Assembly: GCA_977862235.1 (NCBI GenBank) | Contig: OZ374557.1 | Coordinates: forward strand, 2,480,001-2,544,000 | Direction: 5' to 3' | Source: Dudresnaya verticillata | Taxonomy: Eukaryota | DNA: 64,000 bases | Shown here: positions 40,151 through 52,366 of the stretch, in pieces | Layout of the letters: each line of letters starts with the position of its first letter | Numbering within the stretch: position 1 is the stretch's first letter | Notes under the pieces: model-generated | What the model was told of the DNA's origin: nothing | The model's database searches: none | Seen by the model: the letters and a program-made list of their open reading frames with translations, nothing else | Made by a program: the position numbers and the translations under genes

Positions 40151-40630
40151 AAGCCCAGGAGCGGTGCGACCAGAAATGAGGGTAAAGCAGAGTTTAGAAT
40201 AATAATCGTTCGCTTCACTAGTTTCCTACGCCATAGCGAAATATTGTAAGCCATAATCACATGCTACTCCTCGCTGGAGACCATGTACTGCCACCGACAG
40301 CGCTATCCCAGTAGAAGTCCACAGCGCAAAAGTTGCATCATCGCTCGGTCCCATTTCCGCAGCAACTTCTCTTTCACAATCTCGGATCTGCAGAGTTCCA
40401 TCGAATTGTAGCTCTTGCAGAGCATGGGATGAATGTCGAGCGGCATGGAAGATCTGCCAACAAGCATCTACAAGAATGATGCATCCACGGCCCCGGTAGA
40501 GTAGTAGTAGCGAGGCGGGTCGGGTCACTGTACTGTGAGAATATCGAGAGCTTCGATTTGCAGGTAGGTGCACTCGGGCAATACACTTGCGTCTCATCGC
40601 GGAACGAGTGCCCGCAGTTCCGAAATTACT

Positions 40631-40835
40631 GCAATCGCGTGAAAACCTATCCAATATTATGGAGAATGACCAACAGCTTTTCGGAAAGCCGCCCGTAAAT
40701 TTCTATTAAACAGCACATACACTGTACGAGATCTGAAAAACTATGATAGGTTTTCCGAAACGCGAGTGCTCATGTGCTGTTTAATAGCTTTTTGATTCTC
40801 ACTGGTCGAAAAGCTGTAATAGGTTTTGCGATTGC
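40631..40835. repeat. Imperfect ~205-bp palindrome (mate 55943-56147)
   Basis: Nested inverted pairs: GCAATCGC..AAAACCTAT/ATAGGTTTTGCGATTGC, CAGCTTTTCG/CGAAAAGCTG, CTATTAAACAGCACAT/ATGTGCTGTTTAATAG. Confidence 0.85.
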
Positions 40836-41469
40836 CTCGGGCCAAACACCTTTTTGATAGAAACTACGTTTGCTCGACCCCAGGACCTATTCCATATTAT
40901 GGAGAATGCAAGATAGCTTTTCAGGTCACGCGGCATAGCTCTACAGGATCTTTTCCACGAGATTTATCGCTGAATCCCTTCTCGGAATTTTCTTTCGGAA
41001 CAGCTGGGTCCCTCCACCCGTCCGGTTGTTGGCCAGCGCCCTCCCAAACGCAATCGCAACCACACCGCCGCGTTTCGCTTCAACCGCCTCCCGCCCGCCC
41101 CCCGCAACGGGCGCCAGGTCGCGCCCCACCGCACCCCACCGACCCGCACAACTACTGTGCTTCCCGTCGCACTGCCGCACCACGCCCCGACGCGGTACCC
41201 CACGCAAACCCCACGCACCTCACGGGAAAGCGCGGCCCTCACACGCTGGGGTGCCGTGGCGAAGCCTCAGAGCGCATCGCGCTGCCCCACGCGGCGGCGC
41301 GCTGCACCTGGCCTCGTCCACCATCGAGCTGCCTTTTGACGCGTCCAATTTCATCTCATTCGCAACAAGACTATTGTGATATAACATAGGAGGCAGTTCG
41401 AGGTATCGTTACAGCTACTAGAAAGCCTCATGGCCATTCTCTGGCGATTCTTTTGCGCTTGGATGCGCT

Positions 41470-41612
41470 TAGCTGGATGCACTTAGCTCAAATAAAGGGA
41501 AAGCGGAGCAACCCTGTTGCCGTGTGGAACATTGGATGCTCACCAATAACTGCGCGCGAGTTTTCCCCCGACATGAACAGCGAGGGAAGCCGTCTCATGG
41601 CTGTTACTCGAC
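41470..41612 (+). pseudogene. Captured WDR20/DMWD/CreC-like WD40 gene fragment (upstream piece)
   Basis: KRSNPVAVWNIGCSPITAREFSPD..RLMAVTRHG resembles the NPVxxW..I..FSPD..LA...RDG segment of WDR20-family proteins. Confidence 0.55.
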
Positions 41613-41614
41613 AT

Positions 41615-42200
41615 GGCGGTCGGCAAGCTTGGCAAAGAGAGCTGATAAAATGTCAAGAAGGAGATGGTTGTGGACAAGCGACTGGATGAAGCCGCCGCCG
41701 ACAAGATTGAAAACTTTGTTATGCTGAACGGCGACCCGTTGGAAATCTTAACGAAGTTGCGCGAACAAGCGGAATTGGCAGAGGCCTATGGCGAAGCTCT
41801 TGATGGAATGGAGACGCTTTTCAACTTGGTGGCAAGCATGCGCGAGGGGTAACCGCAGTGGCTTTCGTTTGATCTCCCGCTCGACCGTGGGCTGGAATAC
41901 TACAGTGGCGTCATTTTTGAGGCGGTCTTAGTCGACAAGAAAACGAACTTGGGCTTCATTGGCACTGGGGGTCGTTATAACAATTTGGTGGGCATGTTTC
42001 CTGAGTCGCGTTATACCGTGTGTTGGGTGCTCTCTCACATCAATGAGAACTGGAACATGGGAAAGCAGGTAACGCAGGCCATTACCCAAGGCATTACCCT
42101 CATGGTGGTTATCGGAGAGGACGAGATTGCGCAAGGTGTAGCAAAACGTAAAGTGCTGGCGACAAAGGCCGAGCAGACCATCCCAAGGGGAATAAGGCCC
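41615..42200 (+). pseudogene. Captured cytosolic histidyl-tRNA synthetase fragment (internally deleted)
   Basis: [57 protein letters not shown]. Confidence 0.85.
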
Positions 42201-42339
42201 AGTGTTTGCGCCCTTTCTTTCGAGAGGAGTGATCATCATTCATGGTCCTCTTCGATGCTCTTTGAATGGATGGCATCCCGAATTGCTGTCCAATGCTAGC
42301 TTTGTCTTCTTCGTGGGCCCAGTTCGGTTCTTACTCACC

Positions 42340-43100
42340 ATGTCCGATGTTTGTGGCCAAGCACAATCAGCAATGTTGAACCTACAAGCCAAACGAAGCC
42401 CGGAGGAAGTCCGTTGGTGTCAGATATATGTAAGTTGCAGTATTGGCTTGAAGTTGTCGAATTTCTGGTGGACTCACCTTTGTCATCTCAACCTAGGAGA
42501 ACCAGTTCAATCACTGTCCAACCCATGCGCTGAAATATTTTGTTTGCTCAGGTCGCGATTGGGTAGGCTCTGCAGGTGTTCAAAGTGCCCACGCTAGGAC
42601 AGCCGTATGAAAATATCAAAACAGTAATGGCAGCCAACCGAACAGGTAACCTTAGAGGTGCTTTGCGCCGTTTAGACTCATCTTGAGGAAGCTCTGCATT
42701 TTGGCAAGGGCTCATGCCGTGGGCCTGCATAGAGGCAGTAACGAAGAGAAGAGTGCCTCTCTTTGCGCAGAATGAGATGAAGAATCTCAAACAATAGGTG
42801 GGGATGGGACGTTTGCGTCTAGTGCCTTCGGCGGAATGGGTAGTGGAGTGTGCCAAGGCTACTACAAAATGGGGTTCTGTACGTTCATGAAGACAGTTCA
42901 AGTAACAAGAACAAAATGCGTTGGCGGTGGTCAGAAGAGCTGCATAGCTGTGGCTAGTGACATCTTGCGAAGGGAAGGAATCCTAGGGATTTACAAAGGC
43001 GTCAATGCTGTAGCGTTGTGGCAAGCAACGAATTGGGGATCTCACTTTCGGTTCTGCAGAGTTGTTGAGTCCATCATCCGCAGGAAGGATGGCGCCTTTT
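42340..43100 (+). pseudogene. Captured YHM2-like mitochondrial carrier 5' fragment with retained intron 42430-42551
   Basis: TLGQPYENIKTVMAANR, QGLMPWACIEAVTK, MGFCTFMKTVQVTR, GIYKGVNAVALWQATNWGSHF closely follow fungal Yhm2 motifs. GTAAGT...GCTCAG phase-0 intron. Confidence 0.85.
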
Positions 43101-43413
43101 GATAGTGTTGTAAGGTATCATACTTTTCAATCACTGGCAGACTCACCTCTGGGCTCGTGCAACACAATTCGAAAGAGACTTTTCTCAGCCTCATTGCACT
43201 CTTGCAACTCCCGTGGCGTGTCGGGAAAGCTCCGAGTACGGGAATCTGCAGTTAGATGAACGGAGCACCGGCTTTGGCGAGCAGAGCGAGGCGGACTCGG
43301 TGTGGTAGAGGGGCACGGCGGAAAGGCGCGCACAACGGCCCGGGCGGTGATGTGCGCGCAGAGAGATTTACTAATGTCGGTTATCGTGCCATAAAGGTTT
43401 CGGAGCAGGTCTT

Positions 43414-43955
43414 TTAGGATTCGGAGCGGGAGGATCGTGGGCTCGCTTGGGCCTCAACGGATGTGATCACAGTTTCCAGGGCAAACATTGCCTGCGATAA
43501 TGCCAATGTGACACTGCGATGAACTCGGCGAAAGACACTGCCAACCATGCGCAGAGCCGCTCGCTTCAGACGGGCAACCAGCTGACTTAGCTCATCCTGA
43601 GCGCTCCTAAGTTGCTGGAATTCTTCTTCAAGCTCAACGAGTTGCGCTTCGACATCTTCGAGACTTATGTCATCCGTCTGCATCAGGCTTGTTCCGTGAC
43701 TTCAGACTCCTCCTTTCTGCGGGCAAGGTGGAGCTGCAAAGCCGCGATATGTACCCTTGATTCTGTAAGTTTCTCCTGGATGAAGACAAGCAGACGGTTG
43801 ATTTGACACACAACTGGCCACCCTAGTCGTTGAAGCTCACGCGACAAGTACGATACCGTCTCCCGAATGGTCCTGATCTCCCCCTGTAGTGTAGCTTTTC
43901 TCTCCTGAGCGGAATGCAGCCTCCCTTCTCTTGTCTCTTGATACATGTTGTGCAT
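43414..43955 (-). CDS. Coiled-coil-like ORF pair overlapping at TGATG (mate 52367-52908 +)
   Basis: Two ~90-aa E/L/Q/R-rich ORFs with a 1-nt stop/start overlap. Confidence 0.4.
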
Positions 43956-44719
43956 AAGGTAGAGTCTGGAACGTTTGTCTCACGGCGAACTTCAAATTTG
44001 CAGACTGGTACTTGATGCACAGGTTGGTGCATGTTCGCAAACTGGCGAAAAGCCAGCTGTAGCCCACGGCAGCTCATTGGATAGACTTGTCCTTGTTCTG
44101 CAAGAAAAATCACGGGGTATCGAGACGTAAACATCAACGCAGCCGGCAGCCGGGGTCGTACTTCTCAGCCCCTCTCGATTCTATTTCTTATCCTTGACGC
44201 CCATCAATACTACCCGCTTGTGGTCGCATGGCGGAATAGAGCAGTCTGCAGGGCGTACCCTTGCAATACCGAGTACTGCTTCTTGATTGACGGGGACTCG
44301 AGATTCGCGACTTGTCCGTTCTGATTGGTAATATGGCACGCTCGTCTCTCGAATCAGACTGTTTTGTTCGCACTGGCGCTATAGTGTATGGCGGGAAGGA
44401 GTGGTGCATACAGAGCGAGAGGGAAGCCCTTCTAATACCAGTCGTTTTAACTGCGATCCGTAGCAACTCTGGACATGCGCAAGCCTGTCACGCAGAACGC
44501 CCCACCGCCACTGGAACAGTATTATACCGGTGTCGTTTCAGAAGCGCCCTCGGCCCTCCCGAATATTTCAGCTCTTCAGAACAAGTAGCGCACAACTATC
44601 GCGCCATAGCGGGAACATCGATTTTGTTGCTTCACTTCGCCCGCCCTGAGTGCAAGGAGCATCTTGCACTAGTGAATTGCAAAAGGCTCAGACTCCCCTA
44701 CCGAAAGGGGTAGTAGAAC

Positions 44720-47072
44720 ATGGCCCAAGCCTCATCTGGGCAGGTTTCGAAAGCAGGAAACGTTCCAGTTCAGAACGACGACGACTTCGGCGATGAGCTG
44801 CTTCCCGGAACAAAGCCCGGCGCACGAGTCATGCTCACTCTCAACGGGGAACACGTTGCTACAGCAACCCTGCTACGACCTCATGATTTTAGGGAGGGTG
44901 CCGTTGATCCCAGTGGTCGATTCGGCACATACCTGCACGGGCGCAACCTTGGGCCTCAACAACGTGATGGAGAAGTATGGGTTGTAGTTCACCTCGTGCG
45001 ATGCCTCCACAACTGCAATTCCTACGAAAACCTTTTCCAGTACAAACCAGGCAGTACGCCTTGTCCGGAGACACTGAGTCGAATGCAGACTGGAAAACAC
45101 GCCTGGGACCTATTCCAGATTGAGGATATCTTAACCATCTACAATACAGAGCGCAGAAAGAGCTCAGGTGCGACTGTCTCCAGAGTGGAAAAACGTGCGG
45201 TGGCTGACGCTAACCCACAAACACCCCCTCTGCTCAGGGTTCGCAAATCCGCTCCTCGCCCAAAACAGCAGCATGGTGCGGAAGAAATGGCAGCGGTGAA
45301 CAGCCCTTCAACACCACCGCCAGAGAAAGTCAATGAAGAGGAAGATGTCACAAAAATTCTGGAATACACACCTGTACGCCGGCCACCTATGCGTGAACGA
45401 CCCCAGAAACCATCCAAGAATAACGTCCCGGACGCCTTACCAGTCTCTTCGGCCCCAGTGTCTCTTGAACACACGACTAAACCCGTGGAAGAGAGATCCT
45501 CGTGTAGGCGGGACAGACAGAGGCGATGCAGATCTGAAACAAAACTCTGCTAGGGCTGTCGGATCTGCTAGGGCTGTCGGATCTGCTAGGGCTGTCGGAT
45601 CTATTCCTTCTCGAGGAAAAGGATCAAGCGACGAAGAGAACTGTATCACGCCCCAGCCATGCCCTGCACACAATGTCAGACGTACGCCTGAAAGCAGTTC
45701 TGGTTTTAGTAGTGGCGCACCAGAAACCGACCCTGATGCTACCCCGGCGTTGCCTGCGAGTACTAACACAAAGGGTGACGTGGAACGAACGCCAGGTGCT
45801 GATGGCTCGGAAATAGAGCACGGTGAGGAGCAATCAGATGCTGCGACGTTGGATCTGGTGAGCGACGCAGAGGTGGAAGGTGGAAGTTATGGAATATTAG
45901 AAGACGAAGATACTGGAAGCTACCAGGAAATTGAGGACCTCACCAAGGACGCGGATTACGTGCCGAGTGCGACAATTTCACGAAGACGCACGGCAGCATA
46001 CGAGGCTGAACGGATCCCCAAAACGCCCAGAGTTGCTGAGGATGAGACCAATGGCTCCCGAAAGAGAAGGTACCGCTTCTACGCAAGACAAAGAAAGAAG
46101 TTGAGGGTTGGTGATACTGCATTGCAAAAGCTTCGCAATGCTGCTCTGGAAAGGCTTGATGAAGAAGACTGGGGCTCCAAGGAGTGCTGCATGCGGAAGC
46201 AATGCTTCAAGAGGGTATCGATTGTGTACATGAAAGCCGAGATTCGCAAACTGTTGCGTATGGACGCCCATGATCGACGAACCTATTTGCACGGGTTGTT
46301 GCAGCGACCGGGATGGAATTATTACTTCGACGGCAAGCCAGTATGCTACACGTTCCTGGAGACGGCGTTTGGGTTTTCCAGGGACCTGCAATATTCAGTC
46401 AAACAGTTTGGTGGAAGCCGGCCTATGGATGGTGACAATGCCGTGCCGTATCAGCCTCCGAGTGAGGGCAGGGATAAGATACTAACTTACCTCAACCGGT
46501 TTGCTGAGATAACAGCAAGCTGCATGCCCGACGCAGATGAGAAGCATCTGCCGTACTTTGATAAGGCTGCGGTCTACGAGAACTTCCTTCTGGACCAGGA
46601 AAGACTGTATCCTGGAAAAGACCCGCCTCGACTAAACTACTTCTACCACGTCTGGAAGCAGCACCGCAGTGACATAAAAGTCCGCAAAATCCAACGCTTC
46701 ACAAAGTGTTCGGAGTGTGAAGAATTTCGTGCTGGACTGACCAGGGCCGGTACAAACCGCAGACTTGCGGAGCCGTTTCTGCTCCATAGAAAGGAACACT
46801 ACAAGCTGGTTACAAAGTAGAGGGTTTACTACAGGGAGAATACGGAAAAAGCTACTTTGTATCCCTCCGAGTACTGTTCACTGATAATTGATGGCGCGGA
46901 CCAGAAAGCGTTCGGAGTACCAAAGTTCTTGGTCAGCACGAAGGCTACGCGTGGACATGCCACAGCAACAAAAGTTGTAGGCGCATTGGAACAAGGTTCA
47001 TTGAAGCACCTATCCCTGTTCGTCACGACAGGAGAGTTTGAGACCAGCGCAAATCACATGATCGAAACAGTC
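44720..47072 (+). pseudogene. Sola-like DDD transposase, left copy, 3'-truncated
   Basis: ECCMRKQCF, VCYTFL, FTKCSECE, IIDGADQ; homology to the right copy stops at 47072. Confidence 0.75.
45546..45602. repeat. 18-bp tandem repeat x3 (SARAVG); mate 50720-50776
   Basis: TCTGCTAGGGCTGTCGGA repeated three times. Confidence 0.95.
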
Positions 47073-47077
47073 TGGTA

Positions 47078-47098
47078 CACGACTGGTACTGCTTGGCC
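47078..47098 (-). repeat. Putative 3' terminal inverted repeat of the right copy
   Basis: Identical to 31538-31558; lies 5 nt after the point where the left transposase breaks off. Confidence 0.65.
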
Positions 47099-47414
47099 CA
47101 GATTTACCCTGGCTCACCAGTATCACCCCTCCGTCTCGTGGCCATCATTCCACTCCGGGTCCAGTGCGGCGCCTGTGCCGCACCACCTCTACCGCCATCT
47201 CGCTTGCCATATCAGACTTCAAGCTCACCACACCCCACTGTCTACACCCGCCCATGCCGCCCTCCCCATCAAGCCGCGCACCTCGCGCACCTACTCTACC
47301 GCACCACGCAGGCATGTCAAAGTGCGCGTGAAGTCGTAGACTTCACATCTACGACATGCCCCGCCGCGGCGGTAAGTGTTGTGCGACTGGGGTAAAATTG
47401 AGCAGGTCCTGCTC

Positions 47415-47918
47415 AAGTGCTGAAACTGCATCAGGTACTGCAGAGAGACACCAACCGCTCTACCTGCGCATGGCTGCCGGTGCGTCTTGCGTCAATTGCT
47501 TTTACATCGCTTCGCAAACACCCCCCGCTATTGCCATTGCAAGCCAAACAACGCAATCCACTCGCACGAAAACAATTTCACGAGTTATCATTACCCCCCT
47601 GTTGCTAATGCAAGGCAAATAAGAATCACTCGCACAACAACAATTTCGCGTGTTATCATTGCCCTCGTATTGCCATTGCAAGGCAAATAACAATCACTTG
47701 CGCAACAACAATTTCGCGTGTTTTCATTTCCGTCGACGCCAACTGCTGAAGTGCTGAAACTTCATCACGTGCTGGACCACGACATCAACCGCTCTAACTT
47801 CAAATGGCTTCCGGTGTGCCTTGCCTCAAACGCTTTTGCAACGCTGACCAAACAAACCCCGCTATTTACATTGCAAGGCAAGGAACGCACAGCACTCGCA
47901 CAGTACCAATTTCGCGTC
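47415..47918. repeat. Subterminal repeat array (three ~69-bp units inside an older ~330-bp-period duplication)
   Basis: TGCAAGGCAAA..CACTCGCAC..AACAATTTCGCGTGTTATCATT units at about 47530-47730; AGTGCTGAAACT..CAACCGCTCTA at 47416 and 47750. Confidence 0.8.
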
Positions 47919-48119
47919 CTAGCTCTACTGCTCAAGTATAGAAAGTGGTAGTCCTGGACGAACAGGAAAACAAACCAGTTTCATAGCAGCTCTCAAACAC
48001 ATTACCCTAATCACCTTCACTCTATACTTCCCATTCTGACTCAGTAGACTTACCTCTATTCCTTGCTCTACAGATGGCTGCGGGAGCTACTGTTTGTGAA
48101 GGCACTCGCGCAACTTCTT

Positions 48120-51100
48120 CTACACAGAAGCTGGTAGCCTGCCATTCCTGGTGAGCGACTCGAACTCCACAAGTACGCAATCAACGGTGACGTCTTCTTC
48201 CCATTCCTTTGCGACCCCGCGCCTGGTTTTGTAGAACGAAGGTTTGTAAGATTCACTGAAAACATTACCGGTGTGCTTGGCTTCATACCACCGCAACAAC
48301 AATTTCGAAACCCTTCCGTCGTCCCCCTTCACAACTTGCATCACTTTTGCCACGTTAAAAGGACATTGCTCGGTTGCCTGAACATAATTGACGGCCACCA
48401 TTCTGTTGTGGCTGTAGGTTAGGTCCTGTGCGGGTAGTTGCTCCACTTCTGGTCTCTCCGGAAGCATTTCGGGGTCTCTATGCTGTCTACTGTCCCTTCG
48501 CAGCTTCCCATTCGTCTCCGGGGCGTGATCTAAGTCCCAGTGAAATGGTTCGTTTCGATCTCTATAGACGTGAACCCTAAGATTTTCCAGTTCGGTGATC
48601 TGCGACGCCTTCAGCGCTCGGACTTCAGTGCAACTTATGCGATCATTGACCTCCTTCATATCAGGTGGGCATCGCGCTATGGTCTCTGGCGTCTTAACGA
48701 GGTCAGGGGTGAATAGTATGAAGCTCTCCTGTTTGAGAGAGTTGCCACGTGCTTCTGTTACAAGTGGTTTCCACTCATCTCCACACTGAATCTTGACGAA
48801 GCATCGCGTGCGGAATCTCGCTTTTCTGCCCATTCCCTTACCACCTTGGCGAGTAATACGAAAGAATCTGTAGTGTGAGAATGCTTCAGTCTTTCCAATA
48901 CACGCATACTTGTCACACAGCCCGGAAAAGTTGGCTACCTGCAGCAACCTTGCCACCGATGGACGAGGCGTGTATGGCATGCTTAGTTCGCGGAGAAGGC
49001 AAGGCATGGTCGGGATGTCTTTTGATCGGACCCTCTTGCTTGTGCAACTTAAGGCCTGGTCGATGTCGGAATAGGTGTGGCCGATTGGGAGAAAGGAAAC
49101 CTGCACTTCATGCAGAACACCCCACGCGACTAAGCACTACAGTTAAGAAATCATGTACTTATTTTTTTCTCCCGGGTGCAGTTGTCTAGCTGCAGTAACA
49201 GCGTAGGCTGCAGAGTAACATGTTTATGCTTGACTGTGAGAAGGCGATGGACTGTTTTGATCATGTGATTTGCGCTGGTCTCAAACTCTCCTGTCATGAC
49301 GAACAGGGATAGGTGCTTCAATGAACCGTGTTCCAATGCGCCCACAACTTTGGTTGCTATGGCATGTCCACGCGTAGCCTTCGTGCTGACCACGAACTTT
49401 GGTACTCCGAACGCTTTCTGGTCCGCGCCATCAATTATCAGTGAACAGTACTCGGATGGATACAAAGTAGCTTTTTCCGTATTCTCCCTGTAGTACACCC
49501 TCTCCTTTGCAACCAGTTTGTAGTGTTCCTTTCTGCGGAGCAGGAACGGCTCCGCAAGTCTGCGGTTTGTACCGGCCCTGGTCAGTCCAGCACGAAATTC
49601 TTCACACTCCGAACACTTTGTGAAGCGTTGGATTTTGTGGACTTTTATGTCACTGCGGTGCTGCTTCCAGACGTGGTAGAAGTAGTTTAGTCGAGGCGGG
49701 TCTTTTCCAGGATACAGTCTCCCCTGGTCTAGAAGGAAGTTCTCGTAGACCGCAGCCTTATCAAAGTAGGGAAGATGCTTCTCATCTGCGTCGGGCATGC
49801 AGCTTGCTGTTATCTCAGCAAGCCGGTTGAGTTAACTTAGTATCTTATCCCTGCCCTCACTCGGAGGCTGATACGGCACGGCATTATCACCCTCCATAGG
49901 CCGGCTTCCACCAAACTGTTTTACTGAATATTGCAGGTCCCTGGAAAACCCAAACGCCGTCTCCAGGAACGTGTAGCATACTGGCTTACCGTCGAAGTAA
50001 TAATTCCATCCCGGTCGCTGCAACAACCCGTGCAAATAGGTTCGTCGATCATGGGCGTCCATACGCAACAGTTTGCGAATCTCGGCTTTCATGTACACAA
50101 TCGATACCCTCTTGAAGCATTGCTTCCGCATGCAGCACTCCTTGGAGCCCCAGTCTTCTTCATCAAGCCTTTCCAGAGCAGCATTGCGAAGCTTTTGCAA
50201 TGCAGTATCACCAACCCTCAACTTCTTTCTTTGTCTTGCGTAGAAGCGGTACCTTCTCTTTCGGGAGCCATTGGTCTCATCCTCAGCAACTCTGGGCGTT
50301 TTGGGGATCCGTTCAGCCTCGTATGCTGCCGTGCGTCTTCGTGAAATTGTCGCACTCGGCACGTAATCCGCGTCCTTGGTGAGGTCCTCAATTTCCTGGT
50401 AGCTTCCAGTATCTTCGTCTTCTAATATTCCATAACTTCCACCTTCCACCTCTGCGTCGCTCACCAGATCCAACGTCGCAGCATCTGATTGCTCCTCACC
50501 GTGCTCTATTTCCGAGCCATCAGCACCTGGCGTTCGTTCCACGTCACCCTTTGTGTTAGTACTCGCAGGCAACGCCGGGGTAGCATCAGGGTCGGTTTCT
50601 GGTGCGCCACTACTAAAACCAGAACTGCTTTCAGGCGTACGTCTGACATTGTGTGCAGGGCATGGCTGGGGCGTGATACAGTTCTCTTCGTCGCTTGATC
50701 CTTTTCCTCGAGAAGGAATAGATCCGACAGCCCTAGCAGATCCGACAGCCCTAGCAGATCCGACAGCCCTAGCAGAGTTTTGTTTCAGATCTGCATCGCC
50801 TCTGTCTGTCCCGCCTACACGAGGATCTCTCTTCCACGGGTTTAGTCGTGTGTTCAAGAGACACTGGGGCCGAAGAGACTGGTAAGGCGTCCGGGACGTT
50901 ATTCTTGGATGGTTTCTGGGGTCGTTCACGCATAGGTGGCCGGCGTACAGGTGTGTATTCCAGAATTTTTGTGACATCTTCCTCTTCATTGACTTTCTCT
51001 GGCGGTGGTGTTGAAGGGCTGTTCACCGCTGCCATTTCTTCCGCACCATGCTGCTGTTTTGGGCGAGGAGCGGATTTGCGAACCCTGAGCAGAGGGGGTG

Positions 51101-51602
51101 TTTGTGGGTTAGCGTCAGCCACCGCACGTTTTTCCACTCTGGAGACAGTCGCACCTGAGCTCTTTCTGCGCTCTGTATTGTAGATGGTTAAGATATCCTC
51201 AATCTGGAATAGGTCCCAGGCGTGTTTTCCAGTCTGCATTCGACTCAGTGTCTCCGGACAAGGCGTACTGCCTGGTTTGTACTGGAAAAGGTTTTCGTAG
51301 GAATTGCAGTTGTGGAGGCATCGCACGAGGTGAACTACAACCCATACTTCTCCATCACGTTGTTGAGGCCCAAGGTTGCGCCCGTGCAGGTATGTGCCGA
51401 ATCGACCACTGGGATCAACGGCACCCTCCCTAAAATCATGAGGTCGTAGCAGGGTTGCTGTAGCAACGTGTTCCCCGTTGAGAGTGAGCATGACTCGTGC
51501 GCCGGGCTTTGTTCCGGGAAGCAGCTCATCGCCGAAGTCGTCGTCGTTCTGAACTGGAACGTTTCCTGCTTTCGAAACCTGCCCAGATGAGGCTTGGGCC
51601 AT
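48120..51602 (-). pseudogene. Sola-like DDD transposase, right copy, full span but with stop and frameshifts
   Basis: IIDGADQ ... LQLDNCTRE(fs)NKY ... FLPIGHTYSDIDQ, preceded by Cys clusters. C-terminal beta-rich domain PFNVAKVMQV...LRWYE. Confidence 0.8.
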
Positions 51603-52366
51603 GTTCTACTACCCCTTTCGGTAGGGGAGTCTGAGCCTTTTGCAATTCACTAGTGCAAGATGCTCCTTGCACTCAGGGCGGGCGAAGTGAAGCAACAAAA
51701 TCGATGTTCCCGCTATGGCGCGATAGTTGTGCGCTACTTGTTCTGAAGAGCTGAAATATTCGGGAGGGCCGAGGGCGCTTCTGAAACGACACCGGTATAA
51801 TACTGTTCCAGTGGCGGTGGGGCGTTCTGCGTGACAGGCTTGCGCATGTCCAGAGTTGCTACGGATCGCAGTTAAAACGACTGGTATTAGAAGGGCTTCC
51901 CTCTCGCTCTGTATGCACCACTCCTTCCCGCCATACACTATAGCGCCAGTGCGAACAAAACAGTCTGATTCGAGAGACGAGCGTGCCATATTACCAATCA
52001 GAACGGACAAGTCGCGAATCTCGAGTCCCCGTCAATCAAGAAGCAGTACTCGGTATTGCAAGGGTACGCCCTGCAGACTGCTCTATTCCGCCATGCGACC
52101 ACAAGCGGGTAGTATTGATGGGCGTCAAGGATAAGAAATAGAATCGAGAGGGGCTGAGAAGTACGACCCCGGCTGCCGGCTGCGTTGATGTTTACGTCTC
52201 GATACCCCGTGATTTTTCTTGCAGAACAAGGACAAGTCTATCCAATGAGCTGCCGTGGGCTACAGCTGGCTTTTCGCCAGTTTGCGAACATGCACCAACC
52301 TGTGCATCAAGTACCAGTCTGCAAATTTGAAGTTCGCCGTGAGACAAACGTTCCAGACTCTACCTT

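Larger units (their letters stand above)
31538..47072 (+). mobile_element. Large DNA transposon, left copy (truncated inside its transposase at 47072)
   Basis: Begins with the putative TIR. 33661-47072 is the reverse-complement homologue of about 49250-63100. Contains a transposase and a methyltransferase. Confidence 0.75.

Noticed and set aside
47415..47918. CRISPR-like array
   Set aside because: Units are degenerate tandem copies with no unique spacers, and no cas genes are present.
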